The notes beneath the pieces are model-generated. The model searched no databases. It saw nothing but the letters and a program-made list of their open reading frames with translations, and had not been told where the DNA came from. Positions 28,100 to 37,606 of a DNA stretch of 64,000 nucleotides are shown piece by piece (the first letter of the stretch is position 1; every line of letters begins with the position of its first letter). The stretch is from Peptococcaceae bacterium (GTDB lineage Bacteria > Bacillota > Desulfitobacteriia > Desulfitobacteriales > Syntrophobotulaceae). The position numbers were made by a program, and so were the translations under genes. Location: the NCBI GenBank assembly GCA_012520405.1, contig JAAYOJ010000144.1, positions 5,641 through 69,640 on the forward strand, read 5' to 3'.

Positions 28100-28927
28100 T
28101 TAAAATTCATTTTGACGCAACACGTGAGTTTTTGCTTTTATTATGGGTTTATCTGTCGACGGGTCCCCATATTGCAGAAGGGAAAGATAGTCGGTAACAA
28201 GCCGGCAAGCGTTCCACAGTGTATCCTCCATGAGAAATCCAAGTCCCACAACTTCGGCATCAAATTCATGCATGAGACTGACTATTCCTTTGGCTGTCCC
28301 CCCGGCTTTAATAAAATCATCGATTATTAAAACTCTCTTGCCAGTATCTAGGGCTTTGCGGGCTAAAGACATGGTTTGGATTCTTTTAGATGAACCCGAA
28401 ATATAGTTAATACTTACCGAGGATCCTTCCGTAACCTTATTCCCATGCCGAACCACCACGGCGGGGATGCCCAAAGAGTCAGCCGTCATTAATGCTAAGG
28501 GAATACCTTTGGTTTCAATAGTTACTACGGCATCCGGTTTTTTAGGTCTAAAGATACTGGCAAATATTAAACCAAGTATTCTGATAATCTTTGGATCATA
28601 AAGCAAATCGGCCATATATAGAAATCCACCGGGTAGGATCCGATCGCTGGTGTTCAGGGTTTGGGCCAGCTGCTCTAAAAAATCCGTAGCCTCTGTCTCT
28701 GAAATAGCGGGTAAATACCTTACTCCACCGGCTGCCCCGGGTATGGTTTCCAGAAAACCTCGCTTAGTCAAGCTAAGTCTACTCTTTATCTCCATTAAAT
28801 CCTCGCTGATAGTTGACTTGGCCAATTGAAAACGGTCCGCAAAAACCCCCAACGGGAAAAGCTGATTGGGGTGGGATAAAAGAATTTCCGTTATGGCAAT
28901 TATTCTATCTATTCTCTTCATCACCAA
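28100..28927 (-). CDS. purR: pur operon repressor
   Basis: N-terminal winged HTH plus a PRT-type C-terminus (VLIIDDFIKAGGT). Conserved position next to spoVG. The start may be ATG 28921. Confidence 0.9.
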   Translation of the reverse strand: MVMKRIDRIIAITEILLSHPNQLFPLGVFADRFQLAKSTISEDLMEIKSRLSLTKRGFLETIPGAAGGVRYLPAISETEATDFLEQLAQTLNTSDRILPGGFLYMADLLYDPKIIRILGLIFASIFRPKKPDAVVTIETKGIPLALMTADSLGIPAVVVRHGNKVTEGSSVSINYISGSSKRIQTMSLARKALDTGKRVLIIDDFIKAGGTAKGIVSLMHEFDAEVVGLGFLMEDTLWNACRLVTDYLSLLQYGDPSTDKPIIKAKTHVLRQNEF

Positions 28928-28944
28928 GATCCTCCGGAAAACCC

Positions 28945-29622
28945 TTATTGTTTGTTTGGTTTTTCCCTTAATGCATCGAACATAACATTGGCAGCATTTT
29001 CAATATGGGCAGTGGCTAAAGTCTGAGCTTCTTCAACATCATGCCTGGCTATGGCATCCACAATTTCTCTGTGTTCCTGAATTGCATACCTTAGTCTGCC
29101 GGGTACGGCTAAGGAAGTCGTCCTAAATCTTTGAATCTGCTCTCTTAAATTCCCTAAAATAGTAATCAGTCTTTCGTTCCTGCTTGCTTTATATAGGAGA
29201 GCATGGAAATCGGTATCGTTCTGCACCATTTCCTCCAGGGTAGCAGGTTCTTTTTCATAGTGAAGCACTCTCTCCAATTGTTCTATCTCATTATCGGTTA
29301 CTTTTTCGGCAGCCAAACCGGCAGCTAGCCCCTCCAAAGCAGCCCGAATTTCAAACACATCTTTAATATCCTTATATGATACTCCCGCTACATAAGCACC
29401 TTTACGGGGCATCATAACAACAAACCCCTCTAATTCCAGCTTTCTTATAGCTTCACGCACGGGAGTACGACTAACACCCATTTCCTCTGCCAGCTGAACT
29501 TCCATAAGACGCTCACCTGGCTCCAGTACGCCGTTTATAATAGCTTCTCTTAAAGCTTCCAGCACAATCTCTCGCAATGGTTTATAGCTGTCTAATTTAA
29601 CCGGTACCAGTTTTCGTTTCAC
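28945..29622 (-). CDS. GntR/FadR-family transcriptional regulator (FCD domain)
   Basis: GERLMEVQLAEEMGVSRTPVREAIRKLELEG HTH plus a helical FCD C-terminal domain. Confidence 0.88.
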   Translation of the reverse strand: MKRKLVPVKLDSYKPLREIVLEALREAIINGVLEPGERLMEVQLAEEMGVSRTPVREAIRKLELEGFVVMMPRKGAYVAGVSYKDIKDVFEIRAALEGLAAGLAAEKVTDNEIEQLERVLHYEKEPATLEEMVQNDTDFHALLYKASRNERLITILGNLREQIQRFRTTSLAVPGRLRYAIQEHREIVDAIARHDVEEAQTLATAHIENAANVMFDALREKPNKQ

Positions 29623-29638
29623 CGTCTTTCACTCCCTA

Positions 29639-30541
29639 TTAAAAGTAATTATCACTATTACCTGCAATAGTCCTGACTAGCCAATTATTTAAAAAACCCG
29701 CTGCCTTTAAAGCGTCAATTATTTGTTTGCCCTGTTCAACATCCTGAAGTAAACCGAAAACTGCCGATCCGCTGCCAGACATTAAAACGCCCTGGCAGCC
29801 CTTTTCCTTTAATATATTTTTTATCTCCTTTATTTCCGGCACTAATTTAAAAGCCGCAATTTCTAAAGAGTTGAAAAGCTTTTCACCTATGGCTCTAACA
29901 TCCTTTTTTACCAATAGTCTCTGCCAAGTATTAAAGCAAAGGTTACTGCAAACTCCTATTTCGTCGAAAGTACGATAAGCAGCGGCAGTATCAACTCCCC
30001 GCTCGGGTTTGACAATAATTAAATCCATCTCCGGAGCAGATGGCAATTCCGTTAATTCCGAGCCGGTGCCTTCTCCCCACTGGGTTCCGCCCTTAAGAAA
30101 AAAAGCCGTGTCTGATCCACACTGTTGGGCTAGCTGGCAAAGCTCATGGTAAGAAAACGGTTTAGCAAATAAAACATTCAAAGCCTTTAGCACCGCGGCC
30201 GCATCACTGCTACCTCCGGCAAGACCCGCCTGGTGCGGAATTTTCTTTTCAATAGTGATCTCCATCCCTACTTTGCTGTTTAAAGGGTTAAGAGATTGAT
30301 ATTTATCTAAAAATAGCACCGCTGCTTGATAGGCTAGATTTTTTTCACCGCTTAGCTCTCCGCAATGACAAATAATAGCTCCATCCCGTAAAGCCACCTC
30401 TATACGGTCATAAAGAGAAACGGTCTGGAAAATAGTTTCCAAACTGTGCATTCCGTCAGCTCTTTTGTTTTTTACGGCTAAAGCAAGATTTATTTTAGCG
30501 GGAGCCAAAAGTTTGATTGTGTAACTTTCCATAAGGGTCAA
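29639..30541 (-). CDS. ispE: 4-diphosphocytidyl-2-C-methyl-D-erythritol kinase
   Basis: APAKINLALAV, and the GHMP kinase motif PHQAGLAGGSSDAA. The start is either TTG 30541 or ATG 30532. Confidence 0.93.
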   Translation of the reverse strand: MTLMESYTIKLLAPAKINLALAVKNKRADGMHSLETIFQTVSLYDRIEVALRDGAIICHCGELSGEKNLAYQAAVLFLDKYQSLNPLNSKVGMEITIEKKIPHQAGLAGGSSDAAAVLKALNVLFAKPFSYHELCQLAQQCGSDTAFFLKGGTQWGEGTGSELTELPSAPEMDLIIVKPERGVDTAAAYRTFDEIGVCSNLCFNTWQRLLVKKDVRAIGEKLFNSLEIAAFKLVPEIKEIKNILKEKGCQGVLMSGSGSAVFGLLQDVEQGKQIIDALKAAGFLNNWLVRTIAGNSDNYF

Positions 30542-30616
30542 ATTCTCCGTATGAAGCCTAATAATTAATTATAAAATATTATTTATCAAATTACATTCAT
30601 TATATATGCTTTAAGC

Positions 30617-33274
30617 TCATACTTCCAGAGAAATATTAAATACACTGTTTTTGGCCCCTTCTAACTCGGGGTTTTTTTCAAGTTTTATTTGATTTATTAC
30701 TTCCCGCAGGGGCTCAGCATGTTCATAAAATGCAACAACTATATCGCCCTCCTGGGCTTTAAGCAAGGCTTGTCTAAAGGCTTCTTGTTCATTTAAGACT
30801 ATTTTTATAAAATCTGCTTTTAAACCTTGCGCTAAGGCCTGCTCAGCTATAAGGTTGGCTATTTCACCCGGTTTACGGCCCCTTAAATCGAGATCCTCCT
30901 TAATATATAGAAAGTCAAAGCCTTGGGCTGCTTCTTTGGCAAAATTCCTAACAATTTTATCACTGCGGTCTCCCGGCAACCCTATACAGGCAATAATTCT
31001 GCGGTGCTTAATTTGTTTTAGAGTGCGAATTACTTCCCTGAGACCTGCTTGATTATGGCCATAATCAAGAATAATCTTTATGCCGTTTATTTCATGGTAT
31101 TCAAGTCTTCCTTGATTATCGTTAGAGTCTTGTCCAAAGCCTAAAAGAGCTTTTCCAATTGTAGCCGGATTATATCCCAAGGCCCAACAGGCTGCAACTG
31201 AAGCTAACACATTTTGCACATTATGCAGAGCCTTTCCACCCCAAGTAAGCGGAATTTTGGAAAGGTGGCTTACAAAAAAGCTGCTCGTCCCGCTATAGAT
31301 ATAAATCTTCCCGCGGTCAGTTAAAACGGCCGATCCTCCAAGAGCTAAATGCCTAGAAACATGTTTGTTCTGTATTTTGGTACTAAACAGAATTACGCGC
31401 CCTTTGGTTTTGCGAGCCATAGCTAATACCTTAGGATCATCAGCATTAAGAACAACATAACTATGTTTCTCAACCATTTCAGCTACCAAACTTTTTACTT
31501 TAGTCAAATCTTTAAGGTCATCAATACCGTATTGCCCTAAATGATCTTCTGAAATGTTAGTTATCACTGCTACATCAGCATAATCATATCCTAAGCCGGC
31601 GCGCAGAATTCCGCCTCTGGCTGTTTCCAGCACTGCAACCTGAACATCTCGATGCCTCAGAACGGTCTTGGCACTATTAGGTCCGCTTAGATCCCCCGGA
31701 ACCAACATTTTACCGTTAACAAATATCCCTTCCGTAGAAGTCATACCAACAACTAATTTTTGCTCTTGCAGAATTTTACTTATCAGCCGCACCGTAGTTG
31801 TTTTTCCATTGGTCCCGGTAACCGAAACAATCGGTATTCTGCCATTGCCCTGGGGAAAAAGCATTTTTACTATTTCCTGACCTATATTCCGTTCTGTTCC
31901 CTTTGAGGGCTTGAGATGCATTCTCAATCCAGGAGAAGCGTTAATTTCAATAACTTTTCCCTCTTGTTCCCGGTAGGACTTATTTATATCTTTGATAATT
32001 ATGTCTACCCCTGCTATATCGAGCCCTAGAACTTTGGTAGCATAAATAGCAAGATTAGCATTATCGGGGTGAACTAAACCGGTAACATCAAGCGCTGTCG
32101 CCCCCGTACTGAGATTGGCACTCTGTCTTATTTGTACTTTCTGGCCTCGTTCGGGAACGGCCGAAAGTCTTAACCCCTGACGGTAAAGGTCCATAACGGC
32201 TACTGAATCCAAAGATATTTTAGTTAAATAATTTTCATGTCCGTCACCCCGCCAGGGATGTTTATTTTCTTTCTCTACCAGTTCTTTGATTGTGGAGTGG
32301 CCATCACCATATACGGTTGGCGGCACTCTTTTGGCGGCGGCGACCAACTTACCACCGACTATTAGCAGCCGGTAATTATCCCCTTGTACATATTCTTCGA
32401 GGATAATTTGGGAATCATAAACCTGGGCTAGATGAAAGGCTTTTATAACATCGTTTTCGTTCTTAAGATCCAGGGAGACACCCTTCCCCTGATTTCCCCG
32501 GCGGGGTTTTACAACACAGCTTTTATCCCATTTCCTGAAAGCTGCCAATAATTCCTCTTCACTTTCTACTATAGTTCCATAGGGCACAGGAATTCCCGCT
32601 TCAAATAAGAGTTTACGCGTTAACTGCTTATCGCCGGCGATATCAACACTAATACATGAAGTGCCATCCGACATGGCCGCTTGAATTCTTTGCAGAAAGC
32701 GGCCATAGCCAAGTTGATAAAGGGAACCATTACCCAATTTCTGGACGGGAATGCCGCGACTTAGGCAGGCATCCAGGATTGCTTTAGTCGATGGCCCCGG
32801 CATATGCCTTGTTCTTATACTCTTAAGTTGCTCAATTACTTGAGAAATATCAGGGGTGCGTGACCTTCGCAATTCATTCAATATCTCGGCTGCCAGATAA
32901 AAGGCTTGAATGCCTGCTTCTTTACATTCATATTGATAGACGACTTCATATTCATTCTTTGTTTCATCCAGAAGCCTCGTCTTGCCATAGCGTGTTTTTT
33001 CCCCAGCCAAGGTTAACAATTCAATTGCTACATGTTCCAGCACATGCCCCGGCAGGGTTCCTTCCTCCAGCCTTTCAATAAACCCCCCTGGTTTGCCACG
33101 GGAACAAGTGTGACTGCCTAAGCTTGGGATAATATGCAAAAGCCGATCATTAAAATCTCCCCACTCTTTAGTGGTTTTCCCCAGCCATTCAGAAATATCA
33201 ACTATTCCTCTAATTACAGGCTGATAGCTGAAGAAATTAGGCCCCTCCACCGCCCTGACCTGAAGAATTTTCAT
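30617..33274 (-). CDS. cphA: cyanophycin synthetase
   Basis: 885 aa: N-domain, an ATP-grasp domain (VVKPRRGNQGKGV) and a Mur-ligase-like domain (VTGTNGKTTT). Typical CphA length and architecture. Confidence 0.92.
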   Translation of the reverse strand: MKILQVRAVEGPNFFSYQPVIRGIVDISEWLGKTTKEWGDFNDRLLHIIPSLGSHTCSRGKPGGFIERLEEGTLPGHVLEHVAIELLTLAGEKTRYGKTRLLDETKNEYEVVYQYECKEAGIQAFYLAAEILNELRRSRTPDISQVIEQLKSIRTRHMPGPSTKAILDACLSRGIPVQKLGNGSLYQLGYGRFLQRIQAAMSDGTSCISVDIAGDKQLTRKLLFEAGIPVPYGTIVESEEELLAAFRKWDKSCVVKPRRGNQGKGVSLDLKNENDVIKAFHLAQVYDSQIILEEYVQGDNYRLLIVGGKLVAAAKRVPPTVYGDGHSTIKELVEKENKHPWRGDGHENYLTKISLDSVAVMDLYRQGLRLSAVPERGQKVQIRQSANLSTGATALDVTGLVHPDNANLAIYATKVLGLDIAGVDIIIKDINKSYREQEGKVIEINASPGLRMHLKPSKGTERNIGQEIVKMLFPQGNGRIPIVSVTGTNGKTTTVRLISKILQEQKLVVGMTSTEGIFVNGKMLVPGDLSGPNSAKTVLRHRDVQVAVLETARGGILRAGLGYDYADVAVITNISEDHLGQYGIDDLKDLTKVKSLVAEMVEKHSYVVLNADDPKVLAMARKTKGRVILFSTKIQNKHVSRHLALGGSAVLTDRGKIYIYSGTSSFFVSHLSKIPLTWGGKALHNVQNVLASVAACWALGYNPATIGKALLGFGQDSNDNQGRLEYHEINGIKIILDYGHNQAGLREVIRTLKQIKHRRIIACIGLPGDRSDKIVRNFAKEAAQGFDFLYIKEDLDLRGRKPGEIANLIAEQALAQGLKADFIKIVLNEQEAFRQALLKAQEGDIVVAFYEHAEPLREVINQIKLEKNPELEGAKNSVFNISLEV

Positions 33275-33343
33275 TAACGGATTATCCTCCTGTTAAGTTT
33301 TACATACTTAACTATTTTTTCCTATTTGAAAATTAATATTCCT

Positions 33344-34153
33344 TTAAGCCGAATTACCGTATAGGGTTGTCCGCTCGACAAGATCAAATTCGTAACCTTT
33401 GCTTAAGACATGTAATTTAACCGGTGCCAAGGAAAGAGTCCTGCCATCAAACAATTCATCAACATTAGAAATAATCGAATCGGAAGCATCGAGAATCAAG
33501 GCGGTCCCCCTGCCAATTACCCTCAACTTACTGTCGGGCCCAACATGAACGGAAGTGTCTTCATCAATCCCTATTCCCAAAACATAGGGATTAAGAGCCA
33601 CAGCTGTGAGCAGCCTGCCAACTCGTCCCCTCTGAGCGAAATGCTGGTCCACAATAACTCCTTTGATTAGCCCTAACCCCGGCGCCATGCGAATAAGCTC
33701 TTCTCCCGGTGTATCCATATGCCCCCCGATAATCATATTTTCAGACATAACGGAAGCTCCGGCACTGGTGCCGGCGATAATAACTTTACGTTCATACATA
33801 TGCTGCAAGGCCTTACCCAAAGCTGTACCACCTAACATGGCTGTAATTCTCAGTTGGTCGCCTCCGGTAAAAAAAATACCACTCGCTCTTAGAATTCTAT
33901 CCACATTGGTCTGCGAGTTGCTATCCTCTCTGGTGTAAACATTTACAATCTCCACATCAGAACAACCAAAATTTTCAAACAATTTTTCATATACTTTTCC
34001 GGCTTGCTCAGCGGCATCAGAGGCCGCTGTAATAATACATATCCTGGATGCTTGACCCCCTGCTTCCTTAAAAAAGTGTTTAAGAATTACGCATTCGTTT
34101 TCTTTATCTTCCGCACCACCAATAATAAGCAAATTTCCATGATTATGCTCCAT
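33344..34153 (-). CDS. cphB: cyanophycinase (peptidase S51)
   Basis: 269 aa with LLIIGGAEDKE at the N-terminus and the catalytic serine motif GTSAGAS. Directly upstream of cphA. Confidence 0.9.
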   Translation of the reverse strand: MEHNHGNLLIIGGAEDKENECVILKHFFKEAGGQASRICIITAASDAAEQAGKVYEKLFENFGCSDVEIVNVYTREDSNSQTNVDRILRASGIFFTGGDQLRITAMLGGTALGKALQHMYERKVIIAGTSAGASVMSENMIIGGHMDTPGEELIRMAPGLGLIKGVIVDQHFAQRGRVGRLLTAVALNPYVLGIGIDEDTSVHVGPDSKLRVIGRGTALILDASDSIISNVDELFDGRTLSLAPVKLHVLSKGYEFDLVERTTLYGNSA

Positions 34154-34226
34154 TATAAAATCCCTCCGCCTTCAGTCTGTGGAAATTTGCTTAAAATATT
34201 CTTTTTACATTTTTTTGAGATAGCTT

Positions 34227-35054
34227 TTACATATTTATTCTAGGGTAGCCTTTTCTCATTTGTCCCCTAGTCTCAATCCCGCCGACTCCATCTATACCTG
34301 TTATAGTATGCCGGATTATTTCTTTAAGGGACACCGTCCTGTCTATAGGAGTAAAAGCTATACTTTCAACAAGAAAAACCGGATCTAAAGCATGAATCAT
34401 CATTCTTTTAGGAGAAGATGCAAAATTGGCGCCCGCAGCTATAATGGCCTCAAAGTTGGACTGACAGCCCCCGGCGAAAATAACCAGCGCATCCCGGTTG
34501 GGTTGGTGTTTTCTGGCTTCAAGTACTGACTGAACGAAGTAGGCTGAACTTCGGTAGCTATCAAGGCTCTTTAAATCTTTTTTCCCTTTAAGAAGAGAAT
34601 CATGACCGGTAAGCACCAAGATATCAGTAGGATTATCTTTTAAAACCTTGCTGATTACTTTCGGCTGCTCAACCTCGGACTTGCAAATACCCTTAGCTTG
34701 TAGTCCAAGCTGTTTATAGGTTTTAAGACATTGTTCTAAATACTCAGCATCTCCGTCTAAATGAAGAATCCTACCGGGAATTTCGAAATAATCTTCTTCC
34801 ACTTTAAACTTGCGGTCGAATATTACCTTTCTAAACTTTTTATATACCTCTTGAGAATCGGACAATTCATAATAAACAACTTCTTTTTCGTTTTTAACAA
34901 CAAGGTCATCGAGAAAAGCATCAGCTACAAGGCGATAATTTAATCCGCCCAGGATGGCCAATTTCTTACGACCTGTGAATTTTATATCAAGTACTCTGTG
35001 AAAAAGATCCTGATTATAAGAACGGCGGGCTACAATGCTCCCAATACTTATCAT
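34227..35054 (-). CDS. yabG: sporulation-specific protease YabG
   Basis: ILHLDGD...LVLTGHD...GGCQS pattern of the YabG peptidase U57 family. ATG 35054 lies 7 nt after GGGGGG. Confidence 0.88.
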   Translation of the reverse strand: MISIGSIVARRSYNQDLFHRVLDIKFTGRKKLAILGGLNYRLVADAFLDDLVVKNEKEVVYYELSDSQEVYKKFRKVIFDRKFKVEEDYFEIPGRILHLDGDAEYLEQCLKTYKQLGLQAKGICKSEVEQPKVISKVLKDNPTDILVLTGHDSLLKGKKDLKSLDSYRSSAYFVQSVLEARKHQPNRDALVIFAGGCQSNFEAIIAAGANFASSPKRMMIHALDPVFLVESIAFTPIDRTVSLKEIIRHTITGIDGVGGIETRGQMRKGYPRINM

Positions 35055-35152
35055 CTTCAAACCCCCCTGCTCTTAAAGTAATATAGCTCCCAATAAAGAT
35101 TGATTCTATAAACATTGTATGTAGAAAACTACATTTTGCGTTCCATAATTAA

Positions 35153-35184
35153 GGGCCGATTCTAAAACTACTCAGAATCGACCC
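35153..35184 (-). other. 11-bp hairpin enclosing the rsmA stop codon (possible terminator/processing site)
   Basis: GGGTCGATTCT / AGAATCGGCCC with one mismatch and a 10-nt loop that contains the TAG. No clear U tract follows. Confidence 0.35.
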
Positions 35185-36034
35185 TTTTTAAAGCCTGGAC
35201 AATTTTTTGATAATCTATAATTTCCAGTTCCTCTGGTCTGAGGTTTGGTTCTAGGTTTAAGGATTGAAGAACTAGACGAATATGGTCTTTGGGAAGCTTA
35301 AGTCCTGCCGCTAAAGTGTTGAGTAAGGTTTTTCTCCTTTGAGCAAAGGCTGCTCGGACCACATGAAAATACTCCTGCTGATCAACTATAAACCCGGGAT
35401 AAGGACGAATATTTAGTTTTACAACCGTAGACATAACTTTGGGCTGGGGCCAAAAAGCAGAGGGCGGCACGTCGAATAGAATCTCCGCTTCAGCAGCCAG
35501 CTGAATAGCAATAGAAAGAATTCCGTAATCTCTGCCTCCTGGGCGAGCGGTCATTCTTTGGGCCACTTCCTTTTGAACCATAACAGTCATACCATAAAGG
35601 GAATCCGCTTGCTCCAGGAAGTGATTCAAAAGCATATTTGTTATGTAGTAAGGCAGGTTGCCTATCAACCATCCTTTTTCTTCTCCCCAGATGTCCGTTA
35701 GTTTTAGTTGGCGAGCATCCATATGCAATAAGGTTAATCTACAGTCCTGGTTTTTATTAATTATCTCTTTTTGTAAAATTTCTACTTTTTCTTTGTCCAA
35801 TTCTACTGCCCATAACCTCTTAATTTTTTGGGCTAGCACTCTGGTTAGGGCTCCTGGCCCCGGTCCGATTTCGATGATAGGCATATCGCTGTCTGGAAAT
35901 CCTTTTTCAATGATATCGGCGATAACTTGATCATCAATTAGAAAATTTTGTCCTAAAGATTTTTTAGCTGAACCACCATTTTTTAATACTCTTCGCGTAT
36001 AATGGGCGGCGGTCTCTGGTAAAATGGCTGTCAA
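35168..36034 (-). CDS. rsmA: 16S rRNA (adenine1518/1519-N6)-dimethyltransferase
   Basis: KKSLGQNFLID and EIGPGPGALT SAM motifs. The TTG start abuts the rnmV stop. Confidence 0.95.
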   Translation of the reverse strand: MTAILPETAAHYTRRVLKNGGSAKKSLGQNFLIDDQVIADIIEKGFPDSDMPIIEIGPGPGALTRVLAQKIKRLWAVELDKEKVEILQKEIINKNQDCRLTLLHMDARQLKLTDIWGEEKGWLIGNLPYYITNMLLNHFLEQADSLYGMTVMVQKEVAQRMTARPGGRDYGILSIAIQLAAEAEILFDVPPSAFWPQPKVMSTVVKLNIRPYPGFIVDQQEYFHVVRAAFAQRRKTLLNTLAAGLKLPKDHIRLVLQSLNLEPNLRPEELEIIDYQKIVQALKRVDSE

Positions 36035-36682
36035 TTATTGATCGTTCCTTTCTATAAGCTTTAAAGCTCGCCATAAATCTTCCCGGCTAACTCCTAAACG
36101 GTTAAGACGGTGCAAAAATTGTTTGGCGTTGGTATCGCCAATGCCAAATATTTTTCCCAAAGCCTTCCTTTTGGCTGCCGAGCCGTTAGTTCCTACAAGC
36201 CCTGCTTGTATTATATCCTGCATAGTGATTAAGTTTTTTTCCTTAGGCTGAGCGGCGGTCGATCGGAATCTTAAAACTTTAGTAAAAGCTTTTCTTATCT
36301 CTTCCGGGGAAACATTTTCCAGACCAATATCATTGCCTTTAACCGCCACTGCCCTTGATAAATACACTTGTCCGGCTTGAGGTATTCTTTTAAGAAGGCG
36401 TCGACGGATCTGACTCCCGGCAAAATCAGGATCTGTACAAATAATTACTCCTCGCTTTTCAGCCACCTGGCAGATATAATTTAGCTTTTCTTCGGTCAGT
36501 CCGTAACCTTCGGTCCAAATGACATCTACTTTTCCTAAAGCATTCCGCACAGCATGAGCATCGTTTTTCCCTTCCACTACAATTAATTCTTGGACAGCCA
36601 GATCCGATTCGTGTAAAAGGTCATTATTAAATAAATCGTTGTTAGTAACTTGTAGTTGATTCTTAATCTCGGTATTTTTCAT
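36035..36682 (-). CDS. rnmV: ribonuclease M5 (5S rRNA maturase)
   Basis: Toprim core (LIVVEGKNDAHAVRNA...ICTDPDFAG). Conserved rnmV-rsmA pair. Confidence 0.9.
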   Translation of the reverse strand: MKNTEIKNQLQVTNNDLFNNDLLHESDLAVQELIVVEGKNDAHAVRNALGKVDVIWTEGYGLTEEKLNYICQVAEKRGVIICTDPDFAGSQIRRRLLKRIPQAGQVYLSRAVAVKGNDIGLENVSPEEIRKAFTKVLRFRSTAAQPKEKNLITMQDIIQAGLVGTNGSAAKRKALGKIFGIGDTNAKQFLHRLNRLGVSREDLWRALKLIERNDQ

Positions 36683-36696
36683 GGTTAATCCTTTAT

Positions 36697-37470
36697 CTAA
36701 ACTTTTTTATTAGCCAAGCAGTGATCAAGTTTCTCATCTATTCGCGACAAGGACTTTTCTAAGCTTTTAACTTTGTCCTTTAATTTATCAATGTTTTCAG
36801 CAAGAGAGGTCAGATTAGGTACTGTTTCTTCCGACAAATAATCCGGAAGATTTAAGGCTTTTTGAATGCTCTCCAGACGGGCTTCTACAAGATATTCCAT
36901 ATTTAGGATTTTCCTTAACAAGGGATATAGCTCGTCTTGCAGGGTGGAATTAGAATTCATCATATTTTTACCTAATTCCTTAGTAGCTTCCCGAAAACGG
37001 TTAAAAAATATTTCACTTTGTTTTTCCACAAATAGTGAGAGCAGCCTGCCGGGAAGAAGAGTATTAGTGCGACCGTCGCCTCTGATTTTATAAGTTCCAC
37101 CGGCTGTACAATATGGTTTTTCTTTACCGGAGGGAATTTCTATTCTGTAAAAGGGTTTGCGAGCGTAATTTTCGATAATAATGTTGACTTCTACCGGCGG
37201 AACACAACTCTCGGCTTTACTTAAGATAAAAAGACGCTCTTTGTCTCCCACCGGACAGCCAATGATTTTACCTTTTTGCATACTGTTCTCATCTTCTGTC
37301 TCTGCCACTCCTACTAATAGTGTTCCGCCCTTTTCGGAATTGGCAAAGGCAACCAAATCTATAGCATCTACACCTTTAACCGTTAACTTAAAATCTACAT
37401 CAAGCCCTTCTTGTTTACTAAGGAGAGCTTTGGATTTTCGAGATATAGACATGTAAATATCTTTTTCCAT
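36697..37470 (-). CDS. AlbA_2 / Schlafen-core-like domain protein with C-terminal coiled coil
   Basis: EGLDVDFK, AFANSEKGGTLLVGV, KPFYRIEIP and GGTYKIRGDGRT match my recollection of the PF04326 pattern. The last ~90 aa look heptad-like. The stop is 14 nt from the rnmV ATG. Confidence 0.55.
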   Translation of the reverse strand: MEKDIYMSISRKSKALLSKQEGLDVDFKLTVKGVDAIDLVAFANSEKGGTLLVGVAETEDENSMQKGKIIGCPVGDKERLFILSKAESCVPPVEVNIIIENYARKPFYRIEIPSGKEKPYCTAGGTYKIRGDGRTNTLLPGRLLSLFVEKQSEIFFNRFREATKELGKNMMNSNSTLQDELYPLLRKILNMEYLVEARLESIQKALNLPDYLSEETVPNLTSLAENIDKLKDKVKSLEKSLSRIDEKLDHCLANKKV

Positions 37471-37606
37471 TCATGCACTCCAATTTTTCAAAAATAATTA
37501 CACAATTAATTTGCTTTTATCTTATCATATTTTTTCCCAGTACATATTATTTTTAAAACAAACATTACAGCTTATTATAGATCACCATTATCTTCTTAAA
37601 CTTCAT

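Noticed and set aside
35061-35167. CATACAAT (sigma-E/sigma-K-like -10) upstream of yabG, next to a small ATGTAG/CTACAT hairpin.
   Set aside because: A -10 match alone carries too little information, and I could not find a matching -35 at the right spacing.
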